Assembly (NCBI RefSeq): GCF_006345805.1
Contig: NC_043011.1
Coordinates: 19,232,464 to 19,296,463 of the forward strand
Direction of reading: 5' to 3'
From: Octopus sinensis
Taxonomy: Eukaryota
Length of the DNA: 64,000 nt
Shown here piece after piece: positions 1 to 15,148 of the stretch (position 1 is its first letter; each line of letters starts with the position of its first letter). Under the pieces are notes generated by a model. That model was not told the DNA's origin. It worked only from the letters and a program-made list of their open reading frames with translations, and ran no database searches. A program made the position numbers and the translations under genes.

Positions 1-130
1 TGAGATCGACTTTGCCTTTCATCCTTTCAGGAACGATAAATTAAGTACAGGTTGCGTACTGGCGTCGATCTAATGGACTGGACCGCTCCCACAAAATTTC
101 GGGCCTTTTGCCTAGAGTAGAAAAGAATAA
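1..130 (+). mobile_element. SINE 3' portion, cut by window edge
   Basis: TCGACTTTGCCTTTCATCCTTTC...GATAAATTAAGTAC body is shared with the copies at 24.5 kb and 56.4 kb, which have tRNA-like heads. Confidence 0.75.
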
Positions 131-3100
131 TATGCTGGCCCAGTGGCCTGTTCCAAGAGTGACATAGGTGCATAGAGTGATTGTCAGGCAAATACTAAGA
201 GTGACAATACGGAAATAAAACAGCAAAAGTGAGGGGAGAGAAGAAGAATGTTGACAAACTGGATTCAACTATAATGTCTGAATTGAAAAACAGTTTTTTG
301 ATGCGCACCGTCAGTTTTCTCATACTTGAACATTCTTAGATATTAGGCCGTATGACTATGTGTAAAATACCTATCTGTTTTTTTCCCTTTACACCATATT
401 TCCTGTTAATTGCCTCATTGACTTCATACTCGATAACCAATGATAATTGATATGAGTTGAAATGTAGCAGGAGATATACCATATGCATAGTCCATTGCGA
501 ACTATATTGATATGCATTCATGAAGTTGTATTGTGATCACATTTAGGCGAGTAATGAAAAATGAACGCAGTTAGATATTTCTTTGTATTTATTATTGACA
601 AATTATATATCAGCTTGAATAAATGAGACTATTGATACAACTGCTCTGTATATATGTATGTATGTATGTATGTTTGTTTGTATGTATGTATGTGTGTATG
701 TATGTTTGTGTGTAGGTATGTATATAGGTAGGTTGGTAAGTAGGTATTCATACATATATGCATGCCTGCGTGTATGTTTGTATTATATATGCTTGTGATT
801 CGAAACTTGAAAAGAGCAATTCATGTTTAAAATTCACCCACACTAACCTAGAGTGTATCTCTGAAAATTAAGATGGATTAAATTCTCAATCGTAATTTTG
901 TTTTGATCGCTTATTTCCTTTTCAAACGCATACTAGCACAGCACATTCCGATGTAATATTGGCAAATACAAATATATTAATTATACTTTATACAGCCGCA
1001 GAGAAGGAATCCTGTGATGGAAAGAGAAAAAACAATTTATATCACTGTGTATTATTTCTATTTATTTGAACTACCTAGTGATATGAAATTAATACATGTA
1101 CACCAGAAGGAAATTAAAAGTAAATACATAAAAAGAACGTCTTCTAACACTCGTCTAGCATAGCCAGTATGGATGCAAAGATATTGTAGTACACGTTACA
1201 CTGATTTTAAGATTATTTGTTGAGAAACAAACTCGTCACAATTTCTATAGCTTTCTTGTTTATGAGATAAAGACATTGGTTTGCAACTAACGTATCTTGC
1301 CTTAGTTATTGCAGCACATTTGACTGATTCTTCGTTTATTTCTAAAACGCCAGCTATTTTTATGATTAGTGAGTCATGTTACGCTGCAAGCCACAACTCA
1401 TTGCGATGCAGTCTTCTTCTGCAAGTATTGACATTTCCAATTCCAAGCTATGTGCCATATGTGATTATCAACTAGTTCTGATTCACGGACAAAGTCCATA
1501 TATTTACTTCATTTATTTTGATTTTGCCTTCCGTTATGCCAAGAATTTTATGTGCTAAACTATCAGGTGAATGAATAAAATACATTACTGTATAACCCAA
1601 TCTTGGTGTCATGATGAGATTGAGTAAGGGAAAAACGCTTTTATCAAACAGATTTACCTAGCTGTCAACACTCACCGCTGTTCTAATGTACTCATCAGTA
1701 TTTCAAACACATAATGTTGACAAATTTTAATAGCTGATTCAAATTTCCACCATTCTATATATGACTTACGGAAAGTTATCTTATAGAACATTGTGTTGTA
1801 CCTAATACTCTGGGAATAGATTCAATCAATTTATTTGATATTGATATATTCAAAAGAGATAAAAAATAGTTGCTTTTATCGTGCATATCGAAAAGGGCAT
1901 TCTACTATTTGGCACTATGTATTTAATGGTAAAATACTACATTAATATCACACAAATATATTTTGTTTGATACTACTCAGTATCAAAGTATATCTTTAAT
2001 ATATCGAAAGGAATCATTTTTTTGTTATATTTTCATTCCCTTGTTTTCCCTTATTTTCGTAAAAATAAATTAAGAAGAATAGTGTGCTATACACTGCGAA
2101 TATAGGCCGATTTTGATGCGTATGCAATAAGACAGAAAAAATAAGGAAAAACAAAGAAATCATTCTTCAACTAGTGGATTTTTTTATTTCCTTCTAAATG
2201 CTGGAGCACTCTGACAGCTGTGAAGTATGTTTTAGTCCAATTGTTCACATTGTTGTTTCGGTGTAACAGTAATGGATTTTTGAAACCCATAACATTTCAT
2301 CTATTCACAGCCTTAGAACTCAATAATGGGACTAAACATAATAACATAAAGGAAGAACAAGTATCAGTTCCACAGAATGTTTTAACGCTAAAGTAGATGA
2401 TTTTCCTGATGCATTTGGTTGATAATAGATTATATTTCAATGATTCCAGACCCTAAATGCATTTTTCAATGATTACATGGATAAATGCAATTCCTCATTT
2501 AATTGCAAAGGTAAAACATCATGAGATCCAAATACAAAAATAAAGAGCACAATAATATTTCGATATCCCCCAGAATACAAATGCACGAACATATAACAAA
2601 CACATGTACATATTACATATGTACATATATATGTGTAAGGGGGTATGTGTATGCATAGGCGTATGCATCTATGTATGTGTATGTAATGTAAGGCTATTAT
2701 TTCAAACCACATTGAACAAGCCGTGAGGTGGAACTTGAAGTCAGATTGATCATCAATACATGTATATATATATATATATGAGTGGGCAGTCATATGCCTA
2801 TATCTATATGCGTGTATGTGTTTATTCATATTTGTATCAATGTATGTATGCATGTACATATGTATGTATTATATAGGTATCTATCTTTATAGATAATAAT
2901 TGCAACGGAAAATGCACCATCAAGATGCATTTATTTGGATACTTAAGTACCGAAATGAAGTTGCATGCATGTATATGTCTACATTTATGTTATTATATAC
3001 ATCAATGCTTGGAAGATAATACAATACTCCAATAAATATTTTATTGTATGATAATGATTTGAAAGTACACCTTTAATACAACAGCTAATAATGTCTTGTG

Positions 3101-3242
3101 GTGCGGCAGATTAGTGCTAGTATTTCATGGTTTGAGGAAACTGTTCCAGCTCTTTACGTTGTCTGTACGATGCCAGTAATCATACTGGCATAGTGTCGTA
3201 GTACATTTGTATTTCCCAGTCTATAAAATCGATGTCGCGGAA

Positions 3243-3497
3243 GGCGGACACTTGATTGCATTAATAACATTCTCTTACCCTTCTAGAAAAAAACCCTGCT
3301 CAATACTGCACACACCACAGACATTTTCCACTTACTGAAAGCATACATAAATTTTGCAATATATATATAGAGAGAGTTGAAAAATAGACATATTGCCAGG
3401 GGGAGGACTTTGCTTGAGAACACAACGCAACCACCAGGCTGGAGTCGAAACCAGGATCTTGCAATTACGACTGCAACACGCTAAACGCCATGCGTCT
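3243..3497 (-). mobile_element. degenerate tRNA-derived SINE
   Basis: Minus strand reads GCATGGCGTTTAGCGTGTTG...GGTTTCGACTCC (A/B-box-like) then TGTGTTCTCAAGCAAAG, similar to the 18.9, 47.9 and 50.9 kb copies. Confidence 0.55.
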
Positions 3498-3660
3498 TGT
3501 CTTATACCTGTGAAAAAATAATCCAGAATGTCTGGGAACACGATCATGTATTTACAATAAAGTACAGTGAAGACACATAAGCACGGATTGATTATTCCTC
3601 ATTGATAACTCACATATATATATATGAGTGTGTGTGTTTATATAAATATAAATATATATA

Positions 3661-3698
<38 letters not shown>

Positions 3699-3731
3699 TA
3701 ATCAAAATAAAAACATGATGCCAAGGATTCA

Positions 3732-3809
3732 GCGGTACATATGTTTCGGGCCTTTATTAGACGGAATTATAACAATGCATAATGTGTGTCTATGGCCTTC
3801 TTCAGCCGC
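3732..3809 (-). ncRNA. type I hammerhead ribozyme, intact core, GUA site
   Basis: GCGG CTGAAGA A GGCC..TAGAC..GTCTA..GGCC C GAAA CATATG TA CCGC: stem I GCGG/CCGC, stem II GGCC/GGCC, palindromic stem III ACATATGT. Lies in a ~215-bp segment between two (TA)n tracts. Confidence 0.85.
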
Positions 3810-3921
3810 GCACAATCAAAAATTCTACGTTGGGGATGCAAATCCTCTCATTCGCGTACGACATAATGCGGCACCAGCACAAAAATGAAGCGTCCACCCC
3901 GTCCTTCTCTCATATATATAT

Positions 3922-3952
<31 letters not shown>

Positions 3953-5929
3953 TGCTTAGGAATTGCGTGACCAACAACCTGGTGTACAAACTAAATATAC
4001 GTCTGTTTCAGTTTCAGAAGGAAGTACTATATGAGTGTACAATAGGATTTAAAAAATTACAACTTCAATAGCTTATAATTCTTTCTGTTCAAGGATGCAG
4101 TGGTGTCATAGTTTAATGCCTGAATAATACCTTAGACAGAAATGACAATGGTTTCCATCCAATGAAAAATGAGTATGTATGCCTAAACCGGAACTGCAAC
4201 CGTAAAAACATTATGCTCACTTTTTGATGCAAGATTTATAATAAAAAACGTAAGTCAAAAACCAAGATATTAATGTAGAGAAACATTGTCCTAAATTAGA
4301 CTCTTTCAAGGAATAGTTGTAGCATAAACAAACATCTTTGGTCAGTGATACAGGGGTGTTAATATTACATGATTTTGCTAACCACATCGAGCCCAAATAT
4401 TTCAGAGAAAGATTATGATAATATTTATGGTAGGTTTAGTCTCTCCGCATTCCTTTCATGACTTGAATTCATATAACAGTCATCTTTTCAGACTATTGTA
4501 ACATTGAGTTAAGTAATGAAAAAATTATATTCCATTTCACTCAGCTTCAAAATCTGAAGAATTTTGGCATCGATTTGTGAGCAATTTTCCAAATAAATGG
4601 AATTAAGTTTTTAAGAATGAGGGGATATGCTATTAAATATATCAATTTATCAAATGCCAAGTAGGCAATAGTTTGTCTCTATCCCGAAATGCAGCAGGTC
4701 ATTTTTCCAAGCTAATATTGATGTATTTTATGCGTATAAATAATAGTATTAATACTTCTCATTTTTATAAACTTAAAGCTTGACATTTCGTGCGAGTTAA
4801 TTAGATAGACCTAGGGCAATACTAGTAATTTTTCTGTGGACACCGAAACGATGGACAGTTGACCTAGGATGGATTTGGACTATTTACGCAGAAATGGCCG
4901 AAAAGTCACAAAGCATTTGGGCCGACGTTCTAAGGATTCTCACTGCTCGCTGCCTTAATAATATTAATGATAATTCTTTGTAATTTGACCATTATTATTC
5001 CAAGTGAGCCCACAACTGACTAATACATATTCTTTTATTCGTTTATACGTTTCAGCCCTAAGGCTATGCCCCCCACCCCACCACCACCACACGTATGCAC
5101 ACATAAACGTCTACACATATATTTTTTGCTTGTGTCAAACCCATTCGAACGGGGTTTGTATTCCACAATTCTCTTCAAACAGCGAAGCTTCCTTTCTGAG
5201 GGCCCAGGTCGCGCGGAACGAGAATCTATTGATTCTTTTCCTTGGCTTTGGAATTTCACAATAATTCTATTAACAGTAGCAAGAAAAATTCGAAAATTTT
5301 CGGCAATTTTACGCTGGCTAAGTCCAGCCTCAGATTGCTCAACAATACGACCTCTTTGAAAATCTTACAGATCTGCTGAATTTTTTTGTGAGTAGCATGG
5401 TTACTCTTCGCAAATGATTAATATAATGGCACAAGGAATGAAAAAGAATGATTACATTGTAAATTCTACACTGCTGAAAACATATAATGACGCTTAGATC
5501 AGAAATTTTGAAAATTAAAGGTGTCTATTTACTCCCTGCATGTATGTTTATATATAGGTTATTCAAAAGTTGGTTTGATATTTTTACAAATACGTGAAGG
5601 CTCACAAATTATGTCAACTCCCCTCGAAATCCAAGGAGTAATGTGTACAATATATATATATATTTCTTAATTAAATATGAAGCGGTCACATTAGACTATT
5701 GCTAAAAGGACCCATTGGCTACAATAATCCCGTAATTCATAACTACAGTAAATTGTAGCGCAATATCCTTTGCTATTAACGGGCGAACAAAAGAGTTTGG
5801 TTTTTCAACGAGGAAACTTACAAAACACCCTGGAAAGTCTATGAGAAATCTTGCCTTTTTTTTCGCACATCAAAAAGCGGAGGAAATGTTTGCAATCACA
5901 GTACACTTGCATCTAAGTTTTGTAATATA

Positions 5930-6058
5930 AATATATACGCAGAGATATACATATTTTGCTGTATAAGAGTGTGTATGTCCATTCCATTATAGGTATAAAC
6001 ATACGCATGCACACGGAAAGAAACACACACATATACATACATACATACATACATACAT

Positions 6059-6116
<58 letters not shown>

Positions 6117-6228
6117 ATATACATATATGTATATATATACGATATATAGATACATATATATGTATATATATATACACACAATATATACATATATATATAT
6201 ATATTATATATATATATATACACAATAT

Positions 6229-6282
<54 letters not shown>

Positions 6283-6340
6283 ATTCTATGTATATATGTA
6301 TATACGTACATACGTATGTATGTATGTAAGGATGGATGGA
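5930..6340. repeat. compound (TA)n/(CA)n/(CATA)n microsatellite (one example of dozens in the window)
   Basis: Directly visible; explains the YI/HT/CV-rich spurious ORFs. Confidence 0.98.
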
Positions 6341-8029
6341 TGTACACTCACTCACAGATCGAAAGAGTGAGACGGATACAGGGATAGATACACCATATGT
6401 TATTAAACATGATTATTGGACGCCTTGTATCTAGATTCCCGTTTACAATCAAGGCGGAATAGATCAGAGATATATTGCACCATTTAAGTTTAGGTTTATA
6501 TTATATGAGATTATGTCATCACATATTTAATTGAAAATCTACTACATTTGTAAGGCATGATATTCATTTATCTATAATAAGAAGGTGTTCTCGCTCATGA
6601 TAATTATGGTATTTGTATAGTATATTTTCTAAAAAGCAAGATTATATGAGAAAAGGATAGGGAAGAATTTACACACATGCTTTGGCCATTAATAAATGGC
6701 TTTATGCTCAATGTATAATGTAAATCTCAATTTTGGAGACACTATATTTTCTAACAAACATAATGAATATTGCTCTATTTGTATAAGAATACATATAAAT
6801 TGTACTCGCTTAAGTTTATGAAAAGGAAATAAATGCTTGTATGCGATAATGATTGATTCCATGAAGGATCATAAGACTCGTGTGAATAATTTTCTAGGAA
6901 ATAATCAAGATAAGAGTTGCGTTGTTAAATATACGTGACATGTCATCTTGTCCTTCCATAAAGATATGAAGGGCGAAGAGAGAACATACTATTTATTTGA
7001 AAATCATCAATGATGCCAATCAATTTATCTGCGCCTTATAATTTTCTGACATGATGGAAATAGCTTTTAGTGACCTGTGTGATGTCTTTGACGTCTTAGG
7101 AAACGAAAATACGCTAAATAATAAACAATTTGGATCAGCTTAGATGGAGTGTTAATAGGAAAGCTCTGAAAATTCCTTATTCATGTTGGTCTCTTGAATG
7201 CTATTATCAGTGATGGAAGCAGAGGCAGGATTATGCATCGGAAATCGAGAAATTGCTTTTTGCAATAACGTGCTGCTTTATAGAGTCGTCATGTCGTGCT
7301 TTCAGAACGGGTATCAATATTTACATGTATATTATCGCAGGGAATTTTACAGTGCGTAATCATGTACTCACAGAAGATATACCCTGATATAACTTGCTAA
7401 ATTCCAGTGCCTCAACCATTATCTGACAAAATAAATAGCAGGTCTATAGTGTTGAAATATAGTATCACTTACGTTGAGCCATTTCATATTATGGTATTAA
7501 CAAAAAGATTTCGGTATTTGTATGTTTATTGTATCATTTGAGTCGAAGCAGCCAATCATTTCTCTGATCAGGATAATCGCGTATAAAGTGAGGCCAATCC
7601 TACGTTATTATAATGAGCTACTTGAGAAACTAGAATATGACATTTAATTTCACTCAACATATTTTCAGACGAAAACTATTGAAAGCTCACCATAGTGTCG
7701 TGGTTATTAGATCACAAAATGATAGGATGTCGGAGATCCAGAAAGGGTGTCATGCATTAAATCATATTTAGATCGCATGTTCATGCCTAAAATCAAGTTC
7801 AGTATGAACAAAATTGATTATGCTGCAAGGCATAATTCAGACTAAAAGAAAGCAATTGTCTTGATTGCTCGAAAACAGATCAGATTATAAGAAAAACGAA
7901 ATATGCTCGATAGTCCGTGCATATACATAATTGTGAATCTAATTCATACTTTGCCAGAATACATCAACATACGTATATTCACGTGTGTGTATATGTATAT
8001 ATACGTATATAAATAGATATGTATACATA

Positions 8030-8079
<50 letters not shown>

Positions 8080-8579
8080 TATATATATATATGTATGTAT
8101 ATGACAGAAGTAATGGGTGATACTCCTTTATTTATTCATCAAAAGCTTATAGCGTTTGAGAATGTTCATGATTCAATCTTAATTGATCGATAATCGATCT
8201 ATTGAGAGACAGAAATTATAGGAAACCGCTGGCCTAAGCTATCTTCTTCGTGGTCGAAAAACGCAACTGCCAAAGGATAAGATAAAAGGAACGAATTAGG
8301 ACAATATGACAAAATAGAACTAGGCCATGTACTTTACGACATCAACCTTAAGCCATAACAGGCTCGTAACACGGGCAAATAGCATTAGCATCCAATGAGT
8401 AAACTTAATACCATAAAACATCCTTATGGTCAGTGGCAAATTCTTGGCAATTACTAGTGTGGTTGGAAAAACATTGACAAGGGAAAATATTTTTGAAATA
8501 CAAAACGAAAGAAAAGACAGAAAATACATTTACATTATTTACATTTGACAGATAATTATCCTCATTTTGTTAGTTGTTA

Positions 8580-8624
8580 ATACAACTTTTCGGCTGATAT
8601 AACCGCTAGCCTTCATCAGGTGTC
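8580..8624 (-). ncRNA. decayed minimal hammerhead motif (same family as 38.0/39.0 kb)
   Basis: ACAC CTGATGA A GGCT..AGCC GAAA AGTT GTAT; C15.2 is lost and stem I has a mismatch. Confidence 0.6.
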
Positions 8625-8859
8625 TTAGGGAAATTTAGGTATTTTTTAGAAATTTCTGTCAGCTTGCTTCGAGATATGTGCTTATAGTAATGAATTATTT
8701 CTGGTTATTTACGATTTAAAGTCTATTCTCGGCATACTTTGGCATAGAATTCTTTTTTTTTGCCCTTATTTATAAGTTGTTTATAATTTTCACCTTAAAG
8801 GGTATTCTTTAATATGCTGGCCACTGATAATTGTTTTTGAAAATTTCATCTTATATCAG

Positions 8860-9207
<348 letters not shown>

Positions 9208-9289
9208 TATGCATATATTCATATATATACATATATACATACAGATAAATACGCATACATAACACACACATGTTTGTGTATATATATAA

Positions 9290-10535
9290 AACAGATATGG
9301 TTCAAGCAAAGATTGGTTCAGGCCATGTCTAACATAGTAGCACCACATAAGATTTGCTCAATCGTTTTTAAGTCAAGTGTTGTGGTATCGTGGCCCATTC
9401 GAGTTGGGATTTCTTGTTGAGTGAGTTGTATCCAGATATAGGTGTCTTATCTGGTATTTCTTAAAGAAGTTTGTCTACATTCCGTTTAAAGTTGATGATA
9501 TCCTTTTCCCCTTTGACTTGTTGTGGGACATTGGTAAATACGGATCCTGATTTTGGCAGGGAAGTTATGGCCTATGGACCTAGCATTAGATGAATACTGA
9601 AACTAATGTTGAGGTCGTTGGGGCAATGCTGGTGGTGTATTCTCCACATTTTGCAAATAATGTTTCGCACATGGCGACGCTGGAGAGAATAGGTTTTCAA
9701 TGCTTTAAGAGGGTCCCAATAATCGAGATGAATCATCCCGTTACTTCTTTTAGTGAATGTTCTCTGAAGTGATTCAATTTTCAAAATGTTTTGTTTTGCA
9801 TGGAGAGAACACAAGGGGCAGCATTATTCGAGGTGTGGCCATACAAAGGAGGAGAAAAAGAGGAATGACGACACATCGTTCTCTGGACCAAAATGTACTT
9901 AGCATCCAGGAACTCATCCTAGGAGCTACACCGATTTTGTTGTTGACATGGACACTCCGGCTGAGATTGTTGTCAACGATTATTCCTAGTTCTCTGATAT
10001 TATTAGATGATCTGATTGGTTCCCCCGAAGGAAGAGAATATGATTGTTCTAGCATAGTCTTTCTTCCAAAATGAATCAGTTCAAATTTCCCTTCGTTTAG
10101 TTTCATTATGTTGTTTTTTGTCTGCTCATTGACTTACAGCTTGTAGATCAGATTGGATTTCATTTCGGTCTTCCTCTCTGTTGATACGCTTCGGGAACTT
10201 GGAGTCATTGACGAATATTTTCACTTTTCTGTTAGATGACACTTGAAATATCGTTTATATACACTGAGGAACACCACTAGTGACTTTTCCGAGCCTGAAT
10301 CGATTCCACCGATCACATGTTGTGTTCAGGCTTTGTTCTCCAGAAAATACTCAATTCAGTTTAGCAGTTTTCTACAGATTCCAACATTTAACAATTTTGA
10401 CAGAAAGATATTGTGGTCGTGCCCCTGTCGAATGCTTTGCTGAAGCCAAGATATGACAACAGAGTTCGAGCCTGATCCCAAGGCTTTAAGGACATCATCG
10501 ACCTGATGTAAGGACTAAGTTAGGCCGACCCTGCT
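9290..10535 (-). mobile_element. 5'-truncated, disrupted CR1/L2-group LINE (RT core and C-terminus)
   Basis: Translated motifs FSKAFD..DHNIFLSKL..VGI..LLN, SGVPQ, YINDI, FVNDSK (FADD-like), KLNEGKFEL, RELGIIVDNNL, LQRTFTK, YSLQRR; stops and frameshifts present. Confidence 0.9.
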
Positions 10536-11132
10536 GCAGAGAAAGGCATATGTATATATATTATATAGAAAATGGGACACAAACGCAAAACATCCAGACA
10601 GTTAGGTGATACAAGTAAGGGACAGCAAAACATCCAGATAGACGATACAAAGAAAACAAGGACAGGTCATTCGGACTTTCCTTTCCTCAAGCGAGTTCCA
10701 GATTATCTTTGCAATTTCCTCTGGTTACACTCGAGATTGCTCCAATCTGGCCGGCCCTAAGGAAAAAACGAAATTATGAACACTAGATTCCTTGCACGAA
10801 AGCGTCGAACGTATACAAAAACAATGGCAGAAGAAACGGAGAAAGTTACACAAATACAAATAACAGGATATAACAACAGTTGTCTTTCGACTAAGGACAA
10901 ATTAAATTAATCTGACGTGTGTGGAAGTGAAGCCTTACGACCAGGGATACAAGATTTCACAGGCACAGGGAAGATTATAGATGTTGCAAGGACAACGGGC
11001 GATATATATATATATATAATCCAAATTTTCATAAAACTAAAGACGAATTTAGTTGAAGGAAGAACATGCATGTGTATGGATTTGACATTAGGGAAGAACG
11101 GAAGTCTTCAACTTCTCCATTTTGGGCTTCGG

Positions 11133-11182
<50 letters not shown>

Positions 11183-14100
11183 GTATGTATGCACGTATAT
11201 TTATATATACATATACACATATATATGTATAATCCAGTCTAAGTTGTATTCTTGTATGTATACATGTGTGTGTATGTATGTATGTATAGAACGTACATAA
11301 ATGCAGACATACATGCATGCGGGCATGTATGTATGCATGCAACATGCACACATGCATGCATCATGCATACATACATACGTTTTATGGTTAACCATGTTAG
11401 GTCTTAAACTTGCTTAGATAAATGACCGTATTTGGAAGTGAAAACGAATCCTTGCAGACCTAGTCTTGCCTCTTTGTTGGATGAAATCCAGGCTTCATCG
11501 CACATAATTTGAACTCATTATGAAGTAATCTTAATTTATATGCAACATTTAGTGTCCCGAAGCAAATACTACCGTGCTGGAAGTATGGGACAATAAAATT
11601 ACAATGAACAATACCCATATGGATTTAATCTGACTAAAATCGTGTAATGGACGATGACATTTTCCCTCTAAAGAATTATATAAATAGCACAGTTATTGAT
11701 TATCAGAAACTGAAGCGTATTAAGAAACCCCAGAGGATTTACTTTTGGTTAGAAATCAAACATTTGCCACAATTGTTTGACAGATTTCTATATACGGACA
11801 GATGGGAGTATAGTTTCACTATAAAATATATCCCGAAAGAACCGACATGAAAGACTAGGAAAAGAATTAACATACGTGACTTCTGGTTTCACATATTGTA
11901 ATATTGCAACTATATCTTTTTCTGAAAAAGTGATATTCATTTATATAACGAATACTAATAAACACAAAAATGGAACCTGTCACAAAAACCGGTCACAAAC
12001 AATGTAGACTATATAATGTAAAATACATTCTACCAAGAAAGTGAATTATCTTCTAACACTCTCCTTATTGCTTTTATATAGCGAGTCACATGTTTTCTCT
12101 ACATTATGAATCACCATATTGCATTGTGTTTTGAATGTTAATTGATAAAAATTACTCCCCACCGTCAAACTATAGTATTCACATTGATATACGAAAGTGT
12201 ACCATTTCGATGCAGCATTCATAAATAATTTAGCATCCGTATCAAATTATTAAATTCTAGTTTAAAAAGAAACAAATTCTATGAGACATAACGAGTTTCT
12301 TTGGAAGTACGTAGATCAGCAGTAATATACTGTATTCAATTTGGATTTGAAAGCTTAGTGTATAAAGTGATTTATCTGGATCATTGATAATTAAATCCAC
12401 TACCAAAGTTATTTTATTTTGCGGATTATCTGCTATGAATTAGAATTTTGTCGCTATTATTATGAATTGATATATACTTAGTGTTGAGAGAGCATTTTAG
12501 ATTTGCTAAAATTTACTTGCCAAAATTTACTTTCTGCAATATAAAATTCACAAATCGTACGAGATATTAACTAGTAATGAATTTTTGTCATATCGCTAAT
12601 GTTTTTCATATGCTATGCGTCAAATATATTTAAATGATTAAAGAGATTATATTTGTATATAAATTCTCACACATTTATGAAAAACATTGAAAGGAAAGAT
12701 CTATGTTGTCTGTATTAACATATTATTTTGCGAACTCAACTGCCTGCTCAAGCAGCGATTTCGACACTGAGAGATAAAGATATCTAATATATACAGCAAA
12801 CGTGGCCACACTGTATACGATGTGTGTCTCACGAAATATGATTCTCTTTTTTGTCTTGTTATCTCTCTCTCTCTCCAAAAAGCTTGAACATTCATACAAG
12901 CAATATTTTGTGTGTGCCATGTCGAGCGGACTCAGATCTGTTTGGCCAGTCTCCGTCTCCATCATCGCTGCAATACAGATTCTTTCAAAGCTCGTGTCTT
13001 CTGGTAACTCTTACATATACTTTCCCATGGTCGGCCTCTTTCCCTTTAATGAATTATTATTTTCCTTAGCAATTGCCTACAGTCAACATCGTCCTTTTTC
13101 TACCACCAGTGTTCTACATGCTTAAGTGTACACTGGCCCATAAATGTTTCACCAAAGAAACATTATTAATCAACCTTAACATAAAGCCATATAACTTGCG
13201 CTCTGCTACTTTCATAAGTGCCCAACATTCAAATTCATTTAAAAAAATGTTATTTTTGCAGCAACAATAAAATCTGTGTTTTCATGTCGTTAACTCATCG
13301 GTGTCCCATATTGCGGATATCAAGTTCATCACTGACCGTGCAAAGACAATTCTTACTTTACTGTTTCCTTTGTGCTTTGCATTTACAGACCAGATATTAG
13401 ACCCATTGTCTACATTTGGTTGAACAAAAGCCATCAACACAATTTTATTGTCACTGACGCATAGTTTGACATGTTCAAGAACTCTCATTTCATCGAAGCA
13501 GTACTTGAGTTTCTTTAATAACATCAGTAATTACTCTAAATGGAGGATTTATGTTTTCCAGAGATCTGTCAAGTAACCTCATAGATCCAGTCGTATACCT
13601 GTATGTGTGAGTGTGTGTGTGTGTGTGTGTTTGCGTGTTTATGTCCCACCACCTCAGTACTTGTTGACAGAAAGAGGTTTTGGTACCAACCAGAGCCAGA
13701 CGATGAGACGCTTCATATAAAGCGCCAGCGAGAGAATGTAAGCAGCTTTGAAATTATGGGAAACATACCGTCCCCGCACTGTACATGGTGATCTCATTAA
13801 AGTTTCCCTGAAGGGCTGAATAAGTGATAAAGAGAATATATCACTTTACTTACCGCTATGAATATTTAATGTCTATTCCTTATAAAGAGAAATAGTAACA
13901 AGCAGTGTTCATGAATGTGGAAAATTCGATTATAGCCACACATGTTCATTATAGCATCGATACCAATTCATCATATAGACAGAGATTCTCACTGACAAGG
14001 CAAAATGGAGGATTCAAAATTAATTTCATTATTTAGTACAAGTTAAACATGTCTATTTCGGCAAATTATGATTGAATAAAGGAAATGCAAATACATCATA

Positions 14101-15101
14101 GGTTTTAGTTACTTTGTCGTGCATTCTCACCTTGCGGTATAGAGCAGTGAATTTTGGCAACAACTTCGCCTTCACACTTACATTCTTAAACGCATACTCT
14201 GAAACATTAACAAAGGCATTAAAACATACAACCACAAGTGTAAATACACACGTATATATATGCATATATATATGTACACACATGCACACCCACACACGCA
14301 CACATACACATACACTCATAATGTCTATCTCCCTACAATATTGTTTTAAATACCAAAACCGACATTTCCGTCATGACCCCTGGTTTTGTGTTACTGGTCT
14401 GGAAGTGACATCGGTTATTTTCTTTGTTCATAGGCCGTAGAAGGGTCGGCTGAAATGCTCATAGGCTAACCAAGTTACTGTCATGGAATGTGACCAAATG
14501 AGGATCATTTTTCAACTTAGTACATCTTGCAGTGTGCACACACAACCTAGTCACATGCCTAGTAGAATTATCTCTGATCAGCAGATAGGGGTATCTTTAG
14601 CAAGACCGCTCTTCTTGTAACGAGGAGTGGATACTCTGAAAAGCTATTATATATGAAAGAAATCTTAACACATGACCAAAGTGAGTCAGAAAGAGAAGGT
14701 ATTCTGGATTTAACCATTTAACTTAGAATTTCAAGCAACGCTAATTCAGAAATCATACGCTAGATCTCAAGAATATTACCTTTTCAGCCGACTCCCAACA
14801 CGTCAAGGTTACTCCTGCGTCGAAAATATCGCTTGAGTTAAGTAAATGTGTGCGGGGTGAATGTTTGTCCGTTGTGCGGAAAGCATCTTTTGCACTTCAA
14901 AGGCATTGTTACCACAAAGCAGCTCCACGTAGCACTTTGGAGCGAGTAACATCGCAAAGACACTATCATATTCGCCTCTCTTAAACATTGCTTTTGGTAT
15001 GCACTGGCTATTTTGTAGTAGTACCTTAAATAAGATGTAACTTCCCTGCCATAATTGAATTAATTTTTCAGAGAGTACACTATGTTTGAGAGAGGGTGTA
15101 T

Positions 15102-15148
<47 letters not shown>

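Noticed and set aside
1685-1700. CTGATGAG on the minus strand
   Set aside because: No downstream stem II, GAAA or NUH; chance core match
5896-6387. Many overlapping ORFs rich in YI/HT/CV (also ~9.1, 11.1, 16.5, 20.2, 23.2, 47.1, 55.3 and 59.3 kb)
   Set aside because: Translations of (TA)n/(CA)n microsatellites, which lack stop codons
6800-7950. 1.1 kb of non-repetitive, coding-like sequence
   Set aside because: No frame or motif could be assigned; possibly an old TE
10560-11115. PLE-like repeat ends with possible HHR remnants (10660-10700, 10880-10950, 11059-11115)
   Set aside because: Cores and stem I need several substitutions; only the ACATGCATGT palindrome at ~11065 is suggestive
12700-13540. 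Cluster of 65-107 aa ORFs with ordinary composition, possible host exon
   Set aside because: No recognisable domain; ORFs on both strands; the candidate acceptor near 13540 is followed by stops in all three frames
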